64,000 nucleotides of DNA from Geopsychrobacteraceae bacterium (GTDB lineage: Bacteria > Desulfobacterota > Desulfuromonadia > Desulfuromonadales > Geopsychrobacteraceae), in assembly GCA_963676795.2 (NCBI GenBank), contig CAXXTB010000002.1:1920001-1984000 (forward strand). Direction: 5' to 3'. The notes under the pieces are model-generated. The model was not told where the DNA came from, made no database searches, and saw nothing but the letters and a program-made list of their open reading frames with translations. Of this stretch, positions 54,082-64,000 are shown in pieces. Every line of letters begins with the position of its first letter. Position 1 is the stretch's first letter. Position numbers and translations under genes: made by a program.

Positions 54082-55458
54082 ATGTCAGACAGACCACGGA
54101 TTCTACTGATCGATGACGAACCTGACAGTTGCAAAGCCCTGTCCATCCTTCTGGGCAAAGCGGGCTACCTGGTTGATTTTTTCCACAGCGGAGAGGAAGC
54201 CCTCCAGCGGATCCAGCAGCTACAGTACGACCTGATCATCAGCGACCTTCTACTTCCCGGAGTGAGCGGAATCGATATCCTCAAGCAGGTCAAAGAGAAA
54301 TCACCGAACACCTCCGTCATTCTGATTACCGGCAACGCTTCGGCGGAAACCGCCGTAGAAGCGATGAAGGAAGGGGCGCTCGACTACATCACCAAGCCTT
54401 TCAACATTGAACGCCTCAAACTGCAGGTTGCCAAAGCCCTGGAAAAAAGCCGCCTGGTGCTGGAAAACCAGTACCTGCGCCAGCAACTCCATGGCCGTTA
54501 CCATTTCGACAACATCATCGGCACCAGCCAGGCGATGCAAAAGGTCTTCAGTCGCATGGAGAAGGTCGTGGCTACCGATTCGACCATCCTGATCCTCGGC
54601 GCATCGGGCACCGGCAAAGAGCTTGTCGCCAAGGCGATCCATTACAATGGCCCACGCAAGAACAAGCCCTTTGTCGCCATCAACTGCGGCGCGATCCCGG
54701 CCGACCTGCTTGAATCCGAACTGTTTGGCCATGTCAAAGGCGCATTCACCAGTGCCATCGCCGACAAGCCGGGAAAATTTGAAGTGGCCAACGGTGGTAC
54801 GATTTTTCTCGATGAAATCGGCGACATGCCCCTGCAGCTGCAGATGAAGCTACTGCGCGTACTGCAGGAACATGAATTCGAGCGGGTCGGCTCAAGCAAA
54901 AAAATCGAACTCGACGTCAGACTGATCTCGGCAACCAACGTCGATCTCCAGGATCAGATCAAAAAAGGCCATTTCAGGGAAGACCTCTATTACCGGCTGA
55001 ATGTCATCCCGGTTCACCTCCCCTCCCTCAAGGAACGGCGTGGTGACATTCCGCAGCTTGCCCGCTATTTTCTGGAAAAGACCTGCAAAGAGATGGGCCG
55101 CCAGATGACCATCGCCAGCGACGCGCTTCAGGCCATGGAAAACTACGGCTGGCCGGGGAATGTCAGAGAGATGGAGAATATCATCGAGCGGGTCGTGGCC
55201 CTGACCGACAGCGATGTCATACACTACACCGACCTGCCGACCGATATTGCCGAAAGCCTGAAAGAAACAGAAAAAATATCGACACAACTGACCAGTGCCG
55301 GGGTGAACCTGAACCTTCTGGTTGCGGAGCTTGAAAAAGACCTGATCCAGCAGGCACTGCTGATCAGCCGGGGGGTGAAAGCACGTGCGGCTGAGCTTTT
55401 AGGGCTCAACCGCACGACTCTGGTTGAAAAGATGAAACGTCTGGGGCTGGAACTCTAG
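54082..55458 (+). CDS. NtrC-family sigma54 response regulator
   Basis: REC (IDDE, SDL, KPF), GASGTGKE, GAFTSA, WPGNVRE, HTH LGLNRTTLVEK. Confidence 0.93.
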   Translation: MSDRPRILLIDDEPDSCKALSILLGKAGYLVDFFHSGEEALQRIQQLQYDLIISDLLLPGVSGIDILKQVKEKSPNTSVILITGNASAETAVEAMKEGALDYITKPFNIERLKLQVAKALEKSRLVLENQYLRQQLHGRYHFDNIIGTSQAMQKVFSRMEKVVATDSTILILGASGTGKELVAKAIHYNGPRKNKPFVAINCGAIPADLLESELFGHVKGAFTSAIADKPGKFEVANGGTIFLDEIGDMPLQLQMKLLRVLQEHEFERVGSSKKIELDVRLISATNVDLQDQIKKGHFREDLYYRLNVIPVHLPSLKERRGDIPQLARYFLEKTCKEMGRQMTIASDALQAMENYGWPGNVREMENIIERVVALTDSDVIHYTDLPTDIAESLKETEKISTQLTSAGVNLNLLVAELEKDLIQQALLISRGVKARAAELLGLNRTTLVEKMKRLGLEL

Positions 55459-55471
55459 ATCCCGAGAGCTT

Positions 55472-57283
55472 TTATTTGCTTTTCTTTTCCATCTTCTTGC
55501 GCTCATTGGCGTCAAGGTAACGCTTGCGCAAGCGGATCGATTTCGGAGTGACTTCGACCAGCTCGTCGTCATCGATATATTCGAGAGCCTGCTCCAGGGA
55601 CAGATTCTTCGGCGGCGTCAGACGCACCGCATCGTCACTGCCCGAGGCCCGGACGTTGGTCAGCTTCTTGCCCTTGCTGACGTTGACAACAAGATCGTTC
55701 TCCTTGGCATGTTGGCCAACGATCATACCTTCGTAAACCTCGATGCCCGGACCAACAAAGAGGATACCGCGATCCTGCAGACCGAACAACGAGTAGGCAA
55801 CGGTTTCACCCGCCTCCATGGCAATCAGGACGCCATTTTTACGGCCGACGATCGGTCCCTTGTGCGGACCGTACTGATCAAAGGTGTGGTTCATGACACC
55901 AGTACCACGGGTGTCGGTGAGGAATTCAGTTCTGAAACCGATCAGGCCACGGGCAGGGATCTTGAACTCAAGACGATTGGTTCCGTCCATCGGCACCATC
56001 GACAACATCTCGGCCTTACGGGTACCGAGTTTCTCGATGACGGTTCCCTGGTATTCTTCCGGCACATCGATGGTCAGGTGCTCCATCGGCTCCATCCGAA
56101 CGCCATCAACCTCACGGAAGATAACTTCCGGCTTGGAAACGGACATCTCGAAACCTTCGCGACGCATGTTTTCGATCAAGATCGACAAGTGCAGCTCACC
56201 ACGACCGGAAACCTTGAAGGTGTCGGTATTGTCGGTGTCTTCAACGCGCAGGGAAACGTTGGTCAGCAGTTCCTTCATCAGGCGGTCGCGGATGTTCCGC
56301 GAGGTCACGTATTTCCCCTCGCGACCGGCGAAAGGAGAGTTGCTGACCATGAAGTTCATCGACAGGGTCGGTTCGTCGATAGCAACATAAGGCAGAGCTT
56401 CCGGGCTTTCTGCCGAAGCGATGGTCTCACCGATACCGAGATCCTCGAAGCCGGCGATAGAGACGATATCCCCGGCCAGTGCTTCTTCGATCTCGATCTG
56501 CTGCAAGCCCTGGTAGCCGAGCAGCTTGGATATCCGACCGGTGACGATCTTGCCTTCCTTGTTGATGGTCGCCACGGTTTCACCGGCCTTGACCCGACCG
56601 TTGAAGATCTTGCCGGTGACGATACGGCCGATAAACTTATTGTAGGCTACGCTGGTGACCAGCATCTGCAGCGGCTTGGCAACATCACCGGTCGGTGGCG
56701 CAACATTGTCGCGAATGGCTTGGAACAGCGGCTCGAGATTGTCCGACTCCTCGTCCAGATCGAGCTTGGCGTAGCCGTTCTTGGCACTGGCGTAGACGAT
56801 TGGGAATTCGAGTTGCTCCTCGTTGGCGTTCAGTTCGCAGAACAGGTCGAAAACCATGTTGACGACATCTTCAGGACGAGCCCCCGGACGGTCAATCTTG
56901 TTGATGACAACAATCGGCTTGAGTCCCAGATCCAAAGACTTCTTGAGAACAAAACGGGTCTGCGGCATCGGGCCGTCAAAGGCATCGACGAGCAGCAGAA
57001 CCGAATCGACCATCTTGAGAATCCGCTCGACCTCGCCACCGAAGTCGGCGTGGCCCGGGGTGTCGACGATATTGATCTTGAGATCACCGTGCTGGACCGA
57101 CAGGTTCTTGGAAAGGATGGTGATACCACGCTCCTTCTCCAGATCGTTGCTGTCCATGACACGCTCGGTAATCGCCTGATTCTCACGGAAAACCCCGGAC
57201 TGAATCAGCATGGCATCGACCAGCGTGGTTTTACCATGGTCAACGTGAGCAATAATTGCGATATTTCTTATCTTCTCTGACAT
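55472..57283 (-). CDS. typA: Translational GTPase TypA/BipA
   Basis: [50 protein letters not shown]. Confidence 0.97.
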   Translation of the reverse strand: MSEKIRNIAIIAHVDHGKTTLVDAMLIQSGVFRENQAITERVMDSNDLEKERGITILSKNLSVQHGDLKINIVDTPGHADFGGEVERILKMVDSVLLLVDAFDGPMPQTRFVLKKSLDLGLKPIVVINKIDRPGARPEDVVNMVFDLFCELNANEEQLEFPIVYASAKNGYAKLDLDEESDNLEPLFQAIRDNVAPPTGDVAKPLQMLVTSVAYNKFIGRIVTGKIFNGRVKAGETVATINKEGKIVTGRISKLLGYQGLQQIEIEEALAGDIVSIAGFEDLGIGETIASAESPEALPYVAIDEPTLSMNFMVSNSPFAGREGKYVTSRNIRDRLMKELLTNVSLRVEDTDNTDTFKVSGRGELHLSILIENMRREGFEMSVSKPEVIFREVDGVRMEPMEHLTIDVPEEYQGTVIEKLGTRKAEMLSMVPMDGTNRLEFKIPARGLIGFRTEFLTDTRGTGVMNHTFDQYGPHKGPIVGRKNGVLIAMEAGETVAYSLFGLQDRGILFVGPGIEVYEGMIVGQHAKENDLVVNVSKGKKLTNVRASGSDDAVRLTPPKNLSLEQALEYIDDDELVEVTPKSIRLRKRYLDANERKKMEKKSK

Positions 57284-57421
57284 ATAATAAGTCCTTTAGA
57301 AACAATAACTTCCCGAAAAGATCGGGATTATGCCAGAAAGCCCATGACAAGCCAAGGAAATAAACGGCATAAATCAAATTCTAACAGCAGGAATTTATCA
57401 GCGTGGTAAATGCTCAATTTC

Positions 57422-57450
57422 TTGACAGGTATTGATCTTTTACCTATGGT
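57422..57450 (+). promoter_or_regulatory. Sigma70 promoter of aroKB
   Basis: TTGACA-17-TATGGT. Confidence 0.65.
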
Positions 57451-57486
57451 TCTGAGCTGAAATGTCACGCCGAGGATAATATACGC

Positions 57487-59067
57487 ATGTCAAAATCGAA
57501 TATCATTCTGACCGGTTTCATGGGAACCGGAAAAACAACCGTCGGCCGCCTGATGGCGGAAAAACTCAATTACGAGTTCATCGACACCGATGTCTTTATT
57601 GAGGAACGGATCGGCTGCACCATCGCCGAGTATTTCCGCGACCAGGGGGAAGCCGCCTTCCGCCAGCAGGAAGCGAACCTGGCCCAGGAGCTGTCGAAAC
57701 GTAAAGGGCTGGTCATCTCGACCGGCGGACGGATGATGCTCGATCCGGCCAACGCCGCGGCCTTAAGCAAAACAGGTCGGGTGTTCTGCCTGGTTGCCAC
57801 CCCTGAAGAGATCCTGGAAAGGGTCACGGGCGATTCAAACGTCAGACCGCTGCTGCAGGTAGCTAATCCGCTCGAACATATCGTCGAGCTGCTGGAACAG
57901 CGCAAAAAAGGCTACCGACGCTTCTCCCAGTTCACCACCTCGGAACGTAACCCACATGACATCGCCGACGAACTGAGTGAATTCGTTCAGGGAAAAAAAG
58001 ATCTCAGGCTAGAGATCTCGACACCGTCCACCGCCTACGAATTCATCGTCGGCGGAGGGATCCTCCCCTTCATCAATCATCTAGCCCACATTGAAGGACC
58101 GGTCGCCATCATCACCGATGAATCGGTAGCCCCGCTCTATGCCCAGAGCTGCGGCATCGCCGATGTCATAATCAGCGTTCCGCCAGGCCGCCAGAATAAA
58201 ACCCTGGAAACGACCCAGAGAATCTACCAGCAGCTGCTCGCCGCCGGCATCGACCGCAGCGGTACCATTATTGCCCTGGGCGGCACCGTCATCAGCGAAC
58301 TCGCGGGCTTTGTCGCTGCGACCTATATGCGCGGCATCGACTGCGTCCAGTGCCCGACCAGCCTGCTGGCCATGGTCGACACCAGCATCGGCGGAAAAAC
58401 CGGCATTGACCTCCCTGAAGGGAAAAACATCATTGGTGCTTTTAAACAGCCAAAGACCGTCATTGCCGATGTTGCGACCCTGCAGAGTCTCTCGCCACGG
58501 GCCTTCGCTTCCGGCATGGCCGAAGTCATCAAACACAGCCTGATCGCCGACTCAGACCTGCTGGAAAAGATCGAGTCGGGCAACTGGAAGCCTGCCGATG
58601 GCGGTTTTCAGGAAGCATCCGCCCTGCAGGAGCTGGTCGCCCAGGCGATTCAGGTCAAAATCAATATCATCCAGGAAGACCCTTACGATCAGGGGCGCCG
58701 CGCTGTCCTCAACTTCGGCCACACCTTCGCCAACGCAATCGAGCTATTAAGCAACCACCAGGTCAATCACGGCGAAGCTGTCGCTATCGGCCTGGTCATC
58801 GCCGCGACTCTGTCGGTTAAACTCGAACTGTGCGACAAACAGTTGATTGAACGGATCGAAAAGGTCCTGACCTCCGCAGCACTGCCGATTCGCATTCCGG
58901 CAGGGATGTCACCAGAAGAGATCATCAAGGTGATGGCCAACGACAAAAAGAAAAAAGACGGCAGGGTCCGCTATATCCTGATTCGCGAAATTGGCGACGT
59001 CTTCATGACTGACGACGTTCCCGCTGCCAGCGTACTGGAGGTCCTGCACAGCCTGGTCGAAAAATAG
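57487..59067 (+). CDS. aroKB: Bifunctional shikimate kinase / 3-dehydroquinate synthase
   Basis: GFMGTGKT, DTD, GEAAFR, STGG, RPLL; then YMRG, PTSLLAMVD, GGKTG, GKN, EVIKH, LNFGHT, HGEAV, DKK. Confidence 0.9.
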   Translation: MSKSNIILTGFMGTGKTTVGRLMAEKLNYEFIDTDVFIEERIGCTIAEYFRDQGEAAFRQQEANLAQELSKRKGLVISTGGRMMLDPANAAALSKTGRVFCLVATPEEILERVTGDSNVRPLLQVANPLEHIVELLEQRKKGYRRFSQFTTSERNPHDIADELSEFVQGKKDLRLEISTPSTAYEFIVGGGILPFINHLAHIEGPVAIITDESVAPLYAQSCGIADVIISVPPGRQNKTLETTQRIYQQLLAAGIDRSGTIIALGGTVISELAGFVAATYMRGIDCVQCPTSLLAMVDTSIGGKTGIDLPEGKNIIGAFKQPKTVIADVATLQSLSPRAFASGMAEVIKHSLIADSDLLEKIESGNWKPADGGFQEASALQELVAQAIQVKINIIQEDPYDQGRRAVLNFGHTFANAIELLSNHQVNHGEAVAIGLVIAATLSVKLELCDKQLIERIEKVLTSAALPIRIPAGMSPEEIIKVMANDKKKKDGRVRYILIREIGDVFMTDDVPAASVLEVLHSLVEK

Positions 59068-59087
59068 CAGTCCCCCATATAGGAAAA

Positions 59088-59121
59088 GAAAAGCCCGGAC
59101 CTGACTCGCTCCGGGCTTTTC
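59088..59121. terminator. Bidirectional terminator
   Basis: GAAAAGCCCGGA...TCCGGGCTTTTC. Confidence 0.85.
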
Positions 59122-59154
59122 TTATTTTCATTGGCCCCACAAAGGGAGCTTAAC

Positions 59155-59943
59155 TCAGGCCTCGCCCATCAGGCGGGACATCTCCCGGGTCGCCTCAAGC
59201 AGCCCCTTGATCAGACGCTCGCGATGCTCCTCTTTAAAGCGATGCGAAGGTCCGACAATGGCGATAACAGCAGGGACGTTGTTATCAAAATCGAACAATG
59301 GTGCCGCAATCGCCGAGATCCCCTCTTCCCGCTCCTGATCATTGATGTCGTAACCGCGCTGACGGATCAACGCCAGACGCTTTTCTATCTCGTCAGAATC
59401 CATCATGGTGTTTTCGGTGAAGCGGACCATCTGCACCTTGGAGAGCACTTTTTCAATAAAAGCGGGATCTGAGTATGCAAGCAGAGTCCGGCCGGAAGCG
59501 GTCGGCGCAAGCTCCATATAATCCCCTTCGTTGATCGAGTAAACCAGACGGGAGTGGCCCATCTCACGGGCCATGCAGATACTTCTGGTCCCGTCAATGA
59601 CAAACAGCGCCGTCGATTCACCGGTCTCATCCGTCAGCCTGCGCATCAAAGGAACCGCGATCGAACGCAGCGAATTGGTCTTCTCGTAAACCTTGCCGAG
59701 CACCATCAGCTTGGGCCCCAGACGATAATTAGTTCGCGAGGTTCTGACCAGATAGCCGGAATTGATCAGGGTTCCGCACAAGCGGTGGACACGGCTCTTG
59801 TACAGACCGGTCTTGTCACACAGCTGATTAAGCGACAGTTCGGTTTCCTGCGGGGTAAAACAATCGAGAATTTCCAGTGCTTTGGTTACAGCGTCGACAA
59901 TCGGGACCGCCGAGGGCTTCTTTTCAACATCCTGCTGCGCCAT
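59155..59943 (-). CDS. IclR-family transcriptional regulator
   Basis: KALEILDCF...TGLYKSRVHRL HTH, TGES, TASGR, IRQRGY, IAAPLFD. Confidence 0.93.
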   Translation of the reverse strand: MAQQDVEKKPSAVPIVDAVTKALEILDCFTPQETELSLNQLCDKTGLYKSRVHRLCGTLINSGYLVRTSRTNYRLGPKLMVLGKVYEKTNSLRSIAVPLMRRLTDETGESTALFVIDGTRSICMAREMGHSRLVYSINEGDYMELAPTASGRTLLAYSDPAFIEKVLSKVQMVRFTENTMMDSDEIEKRLALIRQRGYDINDQEREEGISAIAAPLFDFDNNVPAVIAIVGPSHRFKEEHRERLIKGLLEATREMSRLMGEA

Positions 59944-60856
59944 AACATCCCCCTGAGGCAATGACAGTCTTCATCCGACCGGGCAGTTTACGTTCCAGTA
60001 ACACTTCAAGGAGCGCTACTGTATCACAGAGAGCCTTGACGTCAATCCCCGTCTTGACGCCCAGCGAATCGAACATGTTGACCGCATCTTCTGTCGGGAC
60101 ATTACCAGCTGCTCCGCGAATGAATGGACAGCCGCCCAGCCCCCCGGTACAGACATCAAAGACCCTGACACCCGCACGGTAGCCGGCATACATATTGGCC
60201 ATGCCCAGGCCTCGGGTATCATGCAGATGCAGGGATAACCCGACCAGCGGGAACTCAGCACGGACCTTGCCGACCAGGGACTGAATCGCTTCGGGATTTG
60301 CCATCCCGGTCGAATCGGCCAGGTTGATCTCTGCAGCCCCGGCCCTCGACAGTTTTTCAGCGGCGCTCAGAACAGTCGATTCCGCTATTTTACCTTCATA
60401 GGCACAGCCGAACGAGCATTGCAGACCAGCCCGCACAGTCAGCCCGGCCGTTGCGGCCTGGGCGATCAAACCGGTCATCAAGGCAAGCGCGTCTGTAGCG
60501 GATTTTCCGGCGTTCTTCAGACTGTGGCTATTACTCACGGAGACCGACATGCTGACATGCCCGACGCCACAGTCCAGAGCTCTTTCAAGCCCTTTGTCGT
60601 TGAGGATCAGAGCTGTGATCAGCGGCCCGTCCGGATCCTGGCGCAATATGGTTCGGATAAATTCATCGGAGTCGGCCATCTGCGGCACACGCTTGGGATT
60701 GACAAAAGAACCAACCTGAATACGACCGACACCGGCATTCTTCAGGCTGTCAAAAATGCGTAATTTTTCCTCGAGGGTAAAAATTCGTTTTTCAACCTGC
60801 AATCCATCCCTTAAACACTCATCTTCAAGTACAACATCAAGTTTTTCAGCACCCAT
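59924..60856 (-). CDS. Hydroxymethylglutaryl-CoA lyase family (DRE-TIM) enzyme
   Basis: RDGLQ, SFVNPKRVPQMAD, FGC, LADSTG, HLHDTRG, GGLGGCPF, GNVPTED. Confidence 0.9.
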   Translation of the reverse strand: MGAEKLDVVLEDECLRDGLQVEKRIFTLEEKLRIFDSLKNAGVGRIQVGSFVNPKRVPQMADSDEFIRTILRQDPDGPLITALILNDKGLERALDCGVGHVSMSVSVSNSHSLKNAGKSATDALALMTGLIAQAATAGLTVRAGLQCSFGCAYEGKIAESTVLSAAEKLSRAGAAEINLADSTGMANPEAIQSLVGKVRAEFPLVGLSLHLHDTRGLGMANMYAGYRAGVRVFDVCTGGLGGCPFIRGAAGNVPTEDAVNMFDSLGVKTGIDVKALCDTVALLEVLLERKLPGRMKTVIASGGCYGAAGC

Positions 60857-60887
60857 AAGCCTACCTTTTCCGCGGCAAAATGATGAA

Positions 60888-61877
60888 TCAGTCGGCGACA
60901 CGAACCAGAACCTTCATACGCTGAGGAGCCCCGAAATTCTCCAGGGCATCCTGTAGCTGATCAAGCCCGATCCGATCCGAAATCAACGGTTCGCTGTTAA
61001 TCCGCCCCTGGCTCAAGTACTCGAGACAGTGAGGGATTTCATCGGTATAGATCATCGACCCTCTGATTGTAAGCTCCTTGCGAACAATTTGTACCGTTGG
61101 CACGGAATGATCCTTGCCCGGGATACCGAGCAAAACGATCGTTCCACCGGGAGCCGCCAGATTTATTGACTGATCAAGCGCAGCAACCGCTCCGCTTGTT
61201 TCAAAGACCACATCAAACTGACCGTAAAGGGTCTGTAATTCGTCCTGACTGGAAACGGTTCGGCGGGCACCAAGCCGAGAGGCCAGCTCCAAGCGTGGTT
61301 CCATCAGATCGCAGATAGTAATGTTGTCACAATTATGTTCAACCAGTTGCAGGGTCAACTGGCCCATGACACCGGCGCCAAAAATCAAGGTCCTTGACTG
61401 CATTTTGACCTGGGCAAGATTAAACGCGTGCGCCGTCACGGCAAAAGGCTCAGCAAAAATCGCCACCTCATCCGGCAGATCATCAGGGACCGGGCAGACA
61501 GCCTGAGCAGGAACAACAACGTATTCAGCAAACACGCCATGAGTATCGATGCCAAGACGCACCTTGTTGCGGCAGAGGTTGGTCATGCCCTTCTGACAGA
61601 GGTCACAGTGGCCACAAAAAAAGTTGGGATGAATAGCGACCCGCTGTCCGATATAGATATTCTCGACCTCAGCTCCGACAGACTCAACAATACCGATCGC
61701 TTCGTGGCCAAGAACAACTGGAAGCCCGGTCCGGATTTTACCGGTGAAGACTGAACTATCGGAACCACATAGAGCTGCATACTTCACAGCGATTCGAACT
61801 TGATCCTTTAGCGGGACAGGCGTATCAATATCCTCAACAACAATACGTCCCAAATCCTTCAACACTGCAGCCTTCAT
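60888..61877 (-). CDS. Zinc-dependent medium-chain dehydrogenase
   Basis: CGSD, GHE, CGHCDLC...C structural Zn, GAGVMG. Confidence 0.92.
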   Translation of the reverse strand: MKAAVLKDLGRIVVEDIDTPVPLKDQVRIAVKYAALCGSDSSVFTGKIRTGLPVVLGHEAIGIVESVGAEVENIYIGQRVAIHPNFFCGHCDLCQKGMTNLCRNKVRLGIDTHGVFAEYVVVPAQAVCPVPDDLPDEVAIFAEPFAVTAHAFNLAQVKMQSRTLIFGAGVMGQLTLQLVEHNCDNITICDLMEPRLELASRLGARRTVSSQDELQTLYGQFDVVFETSGAVAALDQSINLAAPGGTIVLLGIPGKDHSVPTVQIVRKELTIRGSMIYTDEIPHCLEYLSQGRINSEPLISDRIGLDQLQDALENFGAPQRMKVLVRVAD

Positions 61878-62110
61878 ATCTCCTCCATCCTATCCAATGG
61901 ACTAACGTTTCACCAAGTAGGCTAGACCTTTCTTGACTTTAAATCAATAGCTCAACTCAGAAAAAAGTCTGCAGTATACATTTTTTCATATTTCCCTGAT
62001 TTAGCGCTATAATTTCTTTTCATCAAGAATCTCAATAACTTCCTTTTGCATTATGGGCTCCGGCTCTCCTGAATTAGCTGATTTGGAAAAAATATCGTTT
62101 TATTTATATG

Positions 62111-62139
62111 TTGACAGAAACCTCAACGCCAAATATCCT
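62111..62139 (+). promoter_or_regulatory. Sigma70 promoter of the tct operon
   Basis: TTGACA-17-TATCCT. Confidence 0.65.
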
Positions 62140-62279
62140 CCTGTTAAGGATAGCGTCCTCCCCTAAAGGATGCGCAGTCTGGGAGACAACCAACGAAAGT
62201 AAAAAAAATAGAGTAAAATATATCCTGAAGTACCCGACAACTGCTGGTCACCACACCTATCAATCAATGGAGGTAACAA

Positions 62280-63284
62280 ATGAAGGGCTACAAGCTGTCT
62301 GGTTTCATGCTATTTGTTTTACTGCTTATCGCTTCCCCCCTTATTGCTGCGGATTATCCAACCCGCGATCTACAGGGCGTCATCATGTGGGGCGCTGGCG
62401 GCTCGACTGACAATTTTGCCCGTGCCGTCACACCGAATGTCGAACCTGCTCTCGGCAAGGATATTGTTCTGACCAACAAGCCGGGCGGTACCGGAGCTAT
62501 TGCCACCCAGTTTGTATACAGTAGCCGCTCCGACGGTTATACCCTGCTCTACGGTGCTGAAAACCCTCAGCTCTATGGAGTCCTTGGCCTTTCAAAACTC
62601 AGCTATGATGATTTTTATCCTGTCAACATCCTGGCTCGCGGCCAGGTCGTCATCATCACCCGTAACGACACGCCATGGAAGACGTTCAAAGATCTGATTG
62701 AAGACGCGCAGGCAAATCCTGGAAAGCTAAAAATGGGCACGACCGGTCCTGGTGGCGTCCCTTACGTTGTCGGCAAGTTGATGCAGACCGTCACCGGGTT
62801 TGATGTCGCATCAGTTCCTTTTGCCGGAGACGGCCCTGGCATCACTGCCCTGCTCGGTGGCCACATCGACTTCATGCCAACCGTTATCTCCGCTTCCAGC
62901 GAACATATCCGCGCCGGCCGCGTCAGAGCTCTGGCCGTCGTTGATTCTGCACCAATAACCGTAGCTGGCGCAGAGATCGCACCAATAACCCAAGACTACC
63001 CGGCCTTTGACAAGTATGTCCCATGGGGACCGTTCTTCGGTGTCTGGTGTAAGAAAGATGTCCCTGACAACATCAAACAGAAACTGACCAGCGCCTTTGC
63101 CACCGGAGCCTCTTCTGACCGCTTCAAAGAGTTCGTTGCCAACAACGAAGCTGTCCTGATGAACATCAGTGGGGATGAAGCACAAGCCTTCCTCAATAAG
63201 TGGCGCTCCATCACCTCCTGGCTCCTACACGATGCAGGCGCAACCAAGGTTTCCCCGGAAGAACTGGGTATTGCCAAACCCTAA
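62280..63284 (+). CDS. tctC: Tripartite tricarboxylate transporter substrate-binding protein (TctC/Bug)
   Basis: Signal peptide, YPTR...WGAGGSTD, NKPGGTG, DGYTL, VPFAG...ALLGGHID. Confidence 0.92.
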   Translation: MKGYKLSGFMLFVLLLIASPLIAADYPTRDLQGVIMWGAGGSTDNFARAVTPNVEPALGKDIVLTNKPGGTGAIATQFVYSSRSDGYTLLYGAENPQLYGVLGLSKLSYDDFYPVNILARGQVVIITRNDTPWKTFKDLIEDAQANPGKLKMGTTGPGGVPYVVGKLMQTVTGFDVASVPFAGDGPGITALLGGHIDFMPTVISASSEHIRAGRVRALAVVDSAPITVAGAEIAPITQDYPAFDKYVPWGPFFGVWCKKDVPDNIKQKLTSAFATGASSDRFKEFVANNEAVLMNISGDEAQAFLNKWRSITSWLLHDAGATKVSPEELGIAKP

Positions 63285-63375
63285 GCTGGACCTGAAACAC
63301 CCCTCCCTGCCCCGCTCAAAGCAGGACGGGAGGGGGCTTTAATGTGCATGACGAAAGAAAGTGAGAGAACCGCCC

Positions 63376-63849
63376 ATGAGTCACGACGAGAGCAACAGGC
63401 TTCGCGCCGGAGAAAGCTATTACGACCTTCTGATCCTCCTGGCCAGTATAGTCCTACTGGTCATCGCCTACCGTATTTCCGGTTTCAAGATCAGCGCCCC
63501 GGGCACCTTCCCGCTGGCGTCGACCACTGTTATGGTCGCTGCCATGCTGACGGTGATCTGGAGTAACCGCAAAAGAAAGCGGTCCACCGAGGACGGCTTC
63601 GGTGCAGAGATCAGGCAGATGCTCCGTGAAGTCTTTACCCGCGATTTTGTTATCTACTCGATTCTCTGCATCGCTTATGTGGCCCTGATTCAGCCGACCC
63701 ACTTCCTGCCCAGCTCCTTTGCCTTCCTGGTCGCCTCGATCTTCTTTCTCAAAGGGGGCGGACCGCTCAAGGCGGTTCTGATCAGCGCCGGGACCCTGGC
63801 CTGCATCTACCTGATCTTTCTTTACTTCTTCAAAGTCCTGCTGCCATAA
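63376..63849 (+). CDS. tctB: Tripartite tricarboxylate transporter small membrane subunit
   Basis: Four TM helices, PG.FP motif, FKVLLP C-terminus, between tctC and tctA. Confidence 0.85.
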   Translation: MSHDESNRLRAGESYYDLLILLASIVLLVIAYRISGFKISAPGTFPLASTTVMVAAMLTVIWSNRKRKRSTEDGFGAEIRQMLREVFTRDFVIYSILCIAYVALIQPTHFLPSSFAFLVASIFFLKGGGPLKAVLISAGTLACIYLIFLYFFKVLLP

Positions 63850-63867
63850 AGATAAAGGGGTATTCAC

Positions 63868-64000
63868 GTGACTGAACATGCTTTTTCCTATTTCTTCATG
63901 GCCTGGACCAACTGGCAGCTGCTCCTGCTGACCGCGGGCGGCACCTTCGCCGGCATCTATATCGGCGCCATTCCGGGACTCTCGGTGACCATGGCGGTGT
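63868..64000 (+). CDS. tctA: Tripartite tricarboxylate transporter large subunit (5' part only)
   Basis: GTG start; GTFAGIYIGAIPGLSVTMAV TctA N-terminal motif. Confidence 0.85.
   Translation, partial: MTEHAFSYFFMAWTNWQLLLLTAGGTFAGIYIGAIPGLSVTMAV

Overview
Bacterial chromosomal window. Gene content and order point to a Desulfuromonadales/Geobacter-like deltaproteobacterium (inference). Most of it is housekeeping: folD-metV-metF plus the glycine cleavage system, yggT-divIVA-yggU, a DAHP synthase, a TPP-riboswitch-controlled thiF-S-G-H-E operon, six tRNAs, tig-clpP-clpX-lon-hup, ompA, two radical SAM genes, oppDF, ptsP, pyc, typA, an aroK-aroB fusion and an IclR/HMG-CoA lyase/Zn-dehydrogenase/Tct catabolic cluster. 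I saw no CRISPR array, IS, integrase or phage genes. The strongest candidate for an undescribed system is at 44.3-47.0 kb. It has a sigma54 activator whose sensor is a non-catalytic [FeFe]-hydrogenase-like FeS module. An 18-bp palindrome (TGTGCCA-N4-TGGCACA) sits in the activator's own sigma70 promoter and again as a 31-bp-spaced tandem downstream. That tandem is followed by a -24/-12 promoter and an unannotated ~96-nt two-hairpin RNA with C-rich loops. Second is a four-gene operon (24.7-30.8 kb): a kinase with pseudo-receivers, an Ig-fold/beta-propeller protein, TonB and a pseudo-HPt-like protein. A triply broken DUF4124-retropepsin pseudogene and a MITE/REP-like element are also present. All assignments come from reading motifs by eye; no database searches were run.
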